This document shows, piece after piece, positions 6,766-11,522 of a stretch of DNA of 11,522 nucleotides. The notes beneath the pieces were generated by a model. It worked only from the letters and a program-made list of their open reading frames with translations. It searched no databases and was not told where the DNA came from. A program made the translations under genes and the position numbers. The stretch is from NCBI GenBank assembly GCA_031367385.1, contig JANLPS010000198.1:1-11522 (forward strand), written 5' to 3'. This stretch comes from Archangium sp. Its GTDB lineage: Bacteria; Myxococcota; Myxococcia; Myxococcales; Myxococcaceae. The stretch's first letter is position 1; every line of letters starts with the position of its first letter.

Positions 6766-7185
6766 ATGGCCGAGACTCCGAAGACCTTGCGTCACCTGCT
6801 GTTGGCTGAAATTCACCGCCTGACCGTGACCCGCGCCGATGTCGACGGGCCCAACGCCTTGAGCCTCGATCGCTCTCTGTGCGAAGCCGCCGGCTTCACT
6901 GCGTTCGAGAAGCTCGAGGTCACCAACGCGACCAATGGCGCCCGCTTCAGCGCCTCGCTGGTGATGACCGAGCCCAACTCCGGCACCCTCTCGATCGACG
7001 GCGCGGGAGCACACGTGGTGAGGCCGGGCGACATCGTCACCGTCTCGGCCTACGGCTGGCTCAAAGAGAAGGCCGCGCTGAAGCATCACCCGCGGCGGGT
7101 CACGGTCGACGCCCAGAACAGCATCACTTCGGTCACCGAGCCGCCGGGGCCTCCGCCCAAGAAGTCGAAGAAAAAAGAAGCGTAA
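6766..7185 (+). CDS. Aspartate 1-decarboxylase (PanD)-like protein, predicted catalytically inactive
   Basis: Colinear with PanD ('IHRLTVTRAD', 'LCEAAG', 'NATNGARF', 'GAGAHVVRPGDIVTVSAY') but lacks the Gly-Ser self-cleavage site. SD GAGAGG at 6755-6760. Confidence 0.82.
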   Translation: MAETPKTLRHLLLAEIHRLTVTRADVDGPNALSLDRSLCEAAGFTAFEKLEVTNATNGARFSASLVMTEPNSGTLSIDGAGAHVVRPGDIVTVSAYGWLKEKAALKHHPRRVTVDAQNSITSVTEPPGPPPKKSKKKEA

Positions 7186-7186
7186 A

Positions 7187-7933
7187 ATGGCGGTTCGTCT
7201 GTGGTGCGCCAACGAGGTGGTCGCGGTCGACCCGTCGATCGCCGAGATGTCGAGGCCGCGCGTGCACATCGCGGCGTTCGAAGACCACAGCGCTCGGCCA
7301 ACCACGTTTTCAGTCGAGCGAATCAAGGGCTTACAAGGCCAGCGGCTCGACACGCCGCTCGGGCTCGCCACCGTCGCGCTCGAAGAACACCGCTTGCTGG
7401 TCGATGTCGAAGAGGGCCCGTTTCTGGGTGAGCTGGCCCTGCGGCTGGCCTACTCGGTGCTGACCTCACGTGCCGGTGGGCTGCTGATTCACGCCAGCGG
7501 CCTGGCCCGGGGCGACTCGGCGCTGGTCGCCTGCGGCAAGAGCGGAGACGGCAAGTCGACCCTGGCCCGGCTCTCGGCCTTTCGAGCCACCGTGCTGACC
7601 GACGAAGTGATGCAGCTCTTCCCCGATGGGCGGGTGGCGGGCACGCCGTTTCGCTCAGACTTCGACAACGTGGGTGCCCCCGGCTTTCACACCGCCAAGT
7701 ACTTCGTCGGGCTGCGCAAGGCAGAGCACGAGGCCCTCGACCCGCTCGAGCCCGCGGCCGCCTTCAACCTGGCCATCGAGCAGGCCTTCGAGCCGCATGC
7801 CTTCGCCCTGCCCCGCGTCGAGACCCGCCGGCGTCTGATGCAGTTCTTGAGCACGGTCAGCCTGCGCACCCTCGCCTTTCGCAAAGACGCGGCGGTCGGC
7901 GCCTTCATTGCCTCAGCGCTGGAGGGCGCGTGA
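7187..7933 (+). CDS. HPr kinase-related P-loop protein (HprK-like kinase fold)
   Basis: 'LLIHASGL' followed by Walker A 'GKSGDGKSTLA', then 'LTDE' (DD/DE motif) and 'GTPF'. Starts 1 nt after the PanD-like stop. Confidence 0.72.
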   Translation: MAVRLWCANEVVAVDPSIAEMSRPRVHIAAFEDHSARPTTFSVERIKGLQGQRLDTPLGLATVALEEHRLLVDVEEGPFLGELALRLAYSVLTSRAGGLLIHASGLARGDSALVACGKSGDGKSTLARLSAFRATVLTDEVMQLFPDGRVAGTPFRSDFDNVGAPGFHTAKYFVGLRKAEHEALDPLEPAAAFNLAIEQAFEPHAFALPRVETRRRLMQFLSTVSLRTLAFRKDAAVGAFIASALEGA

Positions 7934-8052
7934 GCCTCACCGCCGTGGCCGTCGGGAGACCACGCTCGAGCACGCACACCGCGTGCACCGTCGCAGGTCG
8001 CTGCGGCCCACCGGTCGGCGCCTTCATTGCCTCAGCGCTGGAGCGCGCGTGA
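7930..8052 (+). CDS. Repeat-encoded mini-ORF 1, 40 aa (MSLTAVAVGRPRSSTHTACTVAGRCGPPVGAFIASALERA)
   Basis: GTG 7930 overlaps the kinase TGA (GTGA); GGAGGG lies just upstream; open to TGA 8050-8052. Translation is inferred only. Confidence 0.35.
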   Translation: MSLTAVAVGRPRSSTHTACTVAGRCGPPVGAFIASALERA

Positions 8053-8171
8053 GCCTCACCGCCGCGGCCGTCGGGAGACCACGCTCGAGTACGCACACCG
8101 CGTGCACCGTCGCAGGTCGCTGCGGCCCCTCGGTCGGCGCCTTCATTGTCTCGGCGCTGGAGGCCGCGTGA
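8049..8171 (+). CDS. Repeat-encoded mini-ORF 2, 40 aa (MSLTAAAVGRPRSSTHTACTVAGRCGPSVGAFIVSALEAA)
   Basis: GTG 8049 overlaps the mini-ORF 1 stop; its TGA 8169-8171 overlaps the DUF58 GTG. Translation is inferred only. Confidence 0.35.
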   Translation: MSLTAAAVGRPRSSTHTACTVAGRCGPSVGAFIVSALEAA

Positions 8172-9013
8172 GCCTCGACGCCGCGGCCGTCGAGCGCGCG
8201 GTCGGAGGCCTGCGCCTGCGCGTACCCCGCGGCCCCCACCGCGGCCGCAGCGGTGACGCGCGCGCCAGCTCCGTCGGTAGCTCGGTCGAGCTGCACGACT
8301 TTCGCGGCTACCAGCCCGGAGACGACCTGCGCCAAGTCGACTGGAACGCGGTCGCCCGCACCGGAGAGATGGTGCTGCGGGTTCGCCAAGAAGAGGTCTC
8401 ACCCCGCTGCGAGATCATTCTCGACGGCTCAGCCTCGATGGCGGTCACTGCGCACAAATCAACCCGGGCCCGAGAGCTCACCTACGCCTGCTGCGTACTG
8501 GCCCGGCACGCTGGCCTCGAGGTCAGCCTCTCGTGCACCGGTCGCGACGCGCGCCGAGTCACCGCGCTCGAAGCCTTGCCGGCCCTGCAACGCACTCCCT
8601 TCGACGACCCCGCGCCCTTCGACCTCGCGCTCGGGCACCTGCCACCCTCGCGACCGTGCGGCATTCGCGTAGTGGTGAGTGACTTCCTCCTCGAGGCCAC
8701 TCCCAACGCCCTGGTCGAGCGCTTCGCCCGCGGCGCTGCTCACCTGATTCTGGTGCAACTGCTCGACGCCGAAGATCTCGAGCCCTCGTTCATCGGAGGC
8801 ACCCGCCTGACCGATGCCGAGACCGGCGAGGCCGTCGACCGCACCCTGACCACCGCCGACCTCGAGCGCTACCACCAGCGGCTCACCGCCCACCTCGCGC
8901 TCTGGCAAAGCGCGGCGACGCGCGTGCATGCCACGTGGCTTCAAATGAACACGGCCCGCGAGCTCGGTGAGCTGATTCGCGGGCCGCTCTCTGCTGTGCT
9001 CGAAGCCGCCTGA
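8168..9013 (+). CDS. DUF58 domain protein (MoxR-associated vWA-like)
   Basis: 'GSSVELHDFRGYQPGDDLRQVDWNAVARTG', 'IILDGSASM', 'VVVSDFL'. Start placed at GTG 8168 (GGAGG at 8159-8163); the ORF-track extension to 8027 is out-of-frame repeat sequence. Confidence 0.9.
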   Translation: MSLDAAAVERAVGGLRLRVPRGPHRGRSGDARASSVGSSVELHDFRGYQPGDDLRQVDWNAVARTGEMVLRVRQEEVSPRCEIILDGSASMAVTAHKSTRARELTYACCVLARHAGLEVSLSCTGRDARRVTALEALPALQRTPFDDPAPFDLALGHLPPSRPCGIRVVVSDFLLEATPNALVERFARGAAHLILVQLLDAEDLEPSFIGGTRLTDAETGEAVDRTLTTADLERYHQRLTAHLALWQSAATRVHATWLQMNTARELGELIRGPLSAVLEAA

Positions 9014-9027
9014 AAAACCGGCTTTCG
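9002..9027. terminator. Weak hairpin between the convergent DUF58 and SPFH genes
   Basis: AAGCCG (9003-9008) and CGGCTT (9019-9024) form an inverted repeat with a 10-nt loop; no long U-tract. Confidence 0.25.
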
Positions 9028-9030
9028 AAA

Positions 9031-10089
9031 TTACAGCAACTTCATCAGCTCGGCTTTCTTCGCGCTGAACTCGTCGTCGTTCAGCAGCCCAGCGGCCTTG
9101 AGCTCATTGAGCTGCTTCAACCGGTCCATCACTGAGGGGCCTGCCGGGGCGGCCTGCGCCTGACCGCCGCCACCACCACCAGCGTTCTGCCCACCATTCT
9201 GGTTGTTCATGAACGCCTGGGCCATGCCGAACCCCATGCCCATGCCCATGCCGCCCAGCGCATTGCCCGCGCCTCCGCCGCCTTCTCCGCCGCCCTTGGC
9301 CATGCCCTCGGCCGCGCCGAGCATCGCCTGGCCCTGCGCGTACTGTTGAAAGCCACCGGCCAGCCGTGAGTACGCCACGTCTTTCGACAGCTTCTTCAGC
9401 GTCGCCTCGTCTTCAGGCTTGATGCTGACGGTGAAGTTACCGAACCGAACGATGGTGATGCCATACGACGCGGTGTGGGTGGCAGTACCGGCGACGACCT
9501 CGGTCTCGATCTCTTCGGTGAACGCGCCCGAGGTGACATCGAGCAGCGGCCACTTCTTCTTCACGATCAGCTCGGCGATGCGATCGCGCGTGACCTTGAG
9601 CACCTGGCTCTTGAACCAGCCCAGAAACTCAGAATTGTCGGCCTTGCGCAAACCCACCAACCCCACCACCAGCTTCTCGGGGTCGACGCACTTGAGCGAG
9701 AAATCGCCGTACACCATCGTGCCGATGGCAAGCCCGGTCTCGGGGTCGCGAACGTCGCCGATCGGGCCTCCGAACTTGATCTGCGAGAACTCGCGCAGGG
9801 TGACGAAGTAGACCTCGGCGACGAACAGGTTGCCGCCGGTCACCTTCTCGAGCAGCGACGACAAGAAGGGTATGTTGTTGGAGTCGAGGTTGTGCCGCCC
9901 CGCGCCCAGCTTGCCGACCACGACGCCGTCTTTGACGAACATGGCCATCTCATCGGCCTGCACCGTCAACTGGGTCATGACCCGAATGTTGCGCTCGGGG
10001 TACTTGTAGATGATCTCGTCTTTCGCCTCGTCGGGGCGGGCGATGAAGTTGCGCTGCGCTTCTTGTTTCAGCGAGTCGAAGATTCCCAT
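9031..10089 (-). CDS. SPFH/Band-7 domain protein (YdjI-like) with Gly/Met-rich linker and C-terminal SHOCT domain
   Basis: 'IIYKYP..NI...TQLTVQADEMAMFVKDG', 'GRHNLDSNNIPFL', 'AEVYFV', 'KFGG', 'DPE', 'GMGMGMGFGMAQ', and a SHOCT-like tail 'DRLKQLNELKAAGLLNDDEFSAKKAELM'. SD GGGAG upstream. Confidence 0.88.
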   Translation of the reverse strand: MGIFDSLKQEAQRNFIARPDEAKDEIIYKYPERNIRVMTQLTVQADEMAMFVKDGVVVGKLGAGRHNLDSNNIPFLSSLLEKVTGGNLFVAEVYFVTLREFSQIKFGGPIGDVRDPETGLAIGTMVYGDFSLKCVDPEKLVVGLVGLRKADNSEFLGWFKSQVLKVTRDRIAELIVKKKWPLLDVTSGAFTEEIETEVVAGTATHTASYGITIVRFGNFTVSIKPEDEATLKKLSKDVAYSRLAGGFQQYAQGQAMLGAAEGMAKGGGEGGGGAGNALGGMGMGMGFGMAQAFMNNQNGGQNAGGGGGGQAQAAPAGPSVMDRLKQLNELKAAGLLNDDEFSAKKAELMKLL

Positions 10090-10291
10090 TCTGGTTTTTC
10101 TCCCAAGGCGTAACGACGGGGCACGAAGCGAAATCGGGCTGTAACCATGTCACCTTGGTGGGGCAAGCGCCCAAAAGAATCACTGGGGCTTAAAGCTGCC
10201 CTCAAACCTGGGCACCTCGGTCGATTTCTGCAGAAAAACAATGCGCGTGTGTGCGAGCTACGGGGTTAAGGCCGATCAGCGAGGGGTCGAC

Positions 10292-11522
10292 ATGCGAGTG
10301 CTACGCCATAGTTTCACGGTCTTGGTGGTGCTCGGCCTCGGGGTCGGGTGCCTCGATCTCGATGACGGCCACTATCGGTTTCCCTGCGACGGTTGCTCCG
10401 CTGATGGTGGCAGTGGCGGTGGCACGGGCGGCCGTGACGGAGGCACCCGAGACGGCGGTGCTCAAAGCTCCTGCGCCGACACCTGCACCGTGCCGGCGGC
10501 GTTCTGCAGCGACTCGAAGACGCTGGTCACTCCGCGGCTCCGCGCCTGCACCGGCACCGCCTGCCAGTTCGAGAACAGCACCTTCATCTGCACCCAGAGC
10601 TGCACCGCTGGCGCCTGCGTCAACGAGCCCTGCGCCGGCGTGGTGTGCAACGCAGCCCCAGCGGCGACGTGCCTGAGCCCGACCACCCTGCGCGTCTTCG
10701 TGACGCCGGGCTCGTGCAACGGCGGCCTGTGCGGCTATTCGTCGGGTGACGTGACCTGCAGCGGAGGCTGCTCGAACGGCGTCTGCGCCGGCAACCCGTG
10801 TGCGGGCAAGAGCTGCACCTTGCCTCCCGCGGCGACCTGCATGGGCAACGTGCTGCGAACCTACGCCTCGCTCGGGGTCTGCGACGGAGCCACCGGCGGC
10901 TGCACCTACGACCGCGTCGACACCGTCTGCGCGGCGGGCTGCGCGAATGCGATGTGCACCGCCGACCCGTGCAGCGGCGTGACGTGCAACACGCCTCCCG
11001 CACCCAGCTGCCTGTCGACGACCACCCGCCAGTTCTTCGCCACGGCCGGGGTGTGCAGCTCTGGCAACTGCAGCTACTCGGCGATGACCGAGACCTGCAC
11101 CGCGGGTAAGACCTGCCAGGGGGGCCAGTGCGTGACCGTGCAAGCCAGCTGCACCACCGCCAATTGCGCGTCGGGGTGTTGCTCGGGCACCGCCTGTATC
11201 CCCTACTCCGGCCAATCGACGTCGAGCTGCGGCACCGCGGCGAACATGTGCCTGGCCTGCAGCAGCGGGTACACGTGCACCACCGGCGCGTGCACCGACA
11301 TCAACGAGTGCGCGGTGAACAATGGAGGGTGTAACAGCCACGCCGACTGCACCAACACGCCAGGCAGCCGCACCTGCGCGTGCAAGGCGGGCTACTTCGG
11401 CGACGGCATCACCTGCCAGCTGGTGGCTGATGGGGGCACGCCCGCCTGGGTCAAAGTGAGAGACGGGGGCACTGACGCCGACCCAGCCGCTCGGCGTGGC
11501 GCCGGCATGGCGTTCGACTCGG
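10292..11522 (+). CDS. Large Cys-rich surface lipoprotein with four 8-Cys repeats, a Ca-binding EGF-like domain and the likely start of a Kelch-type propeller; 3' partial
   Basis: ATG 10292 with GAGGGG upstream. MRVLRHSFTVLVVLGLGVG-C lipobox; DGG linker; EGF 'DINECAVNNGGCNSHADCTNTPGSRTCACKAGYFGDGITC' (11297-11416); 'PAARRGAGMAFDS' at the window end. Open to the window edge, hence absent from the ORF track. Confidence 0.88.
   Translation, partial: MRVLRHSFTVLVVLGLGVGCLDLDDGHYRFPCDGCSADGGSGGGTGGRDGGTRDGGAQSSCADTCTVPAAFCSDSKTLVTPRLRACTGTACQFENSTFICTQSCTAGACVNEPCAGVVCNAAPAATCLSPTTLRVFVTPGSCNGGLCGYSSGDVTCSGGCSNGVCAGNPCAGKSCTLPPAATCMGNVLRTYASLGVCDGATGGCTYDRVDTVCAAGCANAMCTADPCSGVTCNTPPAPSCLSTTTRQFFATAGVCSSGNCSYSAMTETCTAGKTCQGGQCVTVQASCTTANCASGCCSGTACIPYSGQSTSSCGTAANMCLACSSGYTCTTGACTDINECAVNNGGCNSHADCTNTPGSRTCACKAGYFGDGITCQLVADGGTPAWVKVRDGGTDADPAARRGAGMAFDS
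10472..11131 (+). repeat. Four tandem protein-level Cys-rich repeats of about 53-57 aa
   Basis: First Cys codons at 10472, 10631, 10799 and 10970. Approximate consensus PCxGVxCNxxPAxxC...TLRxFxxxGxCxxGxCxYxxxDxxCxxGCxxGxC. Confidence 0.8.

Larger units (their letters stand above)
7893..8192 (+). repeat. Tandem repeat, 119-bp period, about 2.5 copies: A1-B1-A2-B2-A3 (A = 62-bp gene junction, B = 57-bp structured insert)
   Basis: A copies start at 7893, 8012 and 8131 (cggtcggcgccttcattg...gcgtgagcctc...gccgtcg). B copies are at 7955-8011 and 8074-8130. Copies differ by only a few substitutions. Confidence 0.95.

Noticed and set aside
7150..7182. PPPKKSKKK as a eukaryotic nuclear localisation signal
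   Set aside because: Lys-rich tails are common on bacterial proteins, and the protein has no secretion signal.
6766..7185. Assigning the symbol panD as a functional pantothenate gene
   Set aside because: The pyruvoyl-forming Gly-Ser site and the Lys9/Thr57/Tyr58 equivalents are absent, and panB/panC are not nearby.
8027..8167. N-terminal extension of DUF58 given by the ORF track (also ORF 7908..8171)
   Set aside because: These are out-of-frame readings of the repeat starting at TTG; DUF58-like sequence and an SD begin at GTG 8168.
7893..8192. CRISPR array interpretation of the repeat
   Set aside because: The 'spacers' (B1, B2) are nearly identical, the 62-bp repeat is host coding sequence, and there are no cas genes or leader.
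10301..11341. 346-aa Ala/Arg/Gly-rich minus-strand ORF
   Set aside because: Antisense shadow of the Cys-rich lipoprotein on the + strand (TGC codons read as GCA).

Overview
GC-rich chromosomal window that looks myxobacterial (inferred from 'DGG/GGGTGG' linker lipoproteins and a Cys-rich EGF lipoprotein). In order: a vWA-domain gene whose 5' end appears fused out of frame to another coding fragment; a divergent secreted lipoprotein with a sigma70-like promoter overlapped by a Fur-box-like AT-rich array; tyrosine catabolism genes maiA-hppD and hmgA, with a small antisense gene between hppD and hmgA and no fahA in the window; a tightly packed + strand cluster (MBL/beta-CASP nuclease with a clamp-binding-like tail, a PanD homolog lacking its catalytic residues, an HPr-kinase-like P-loop protein, a 119-bp tandem triplication of the kinase/DUF58 junction, and DUF58); an SPFH+SHOCT gene on the - strand; and the 5' part of a large Cys-rich/EGF/Kelch lipoprotein missed by the ORF track. 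The two most notable observations are the probably non-catalytic PanD paralog and the junction triplication, which creates two chained 40-codon mini-ORFs that preserve GTGA stop/start coupling. All calls come from reading the sequence and recalled family motifs; no database searches were run.
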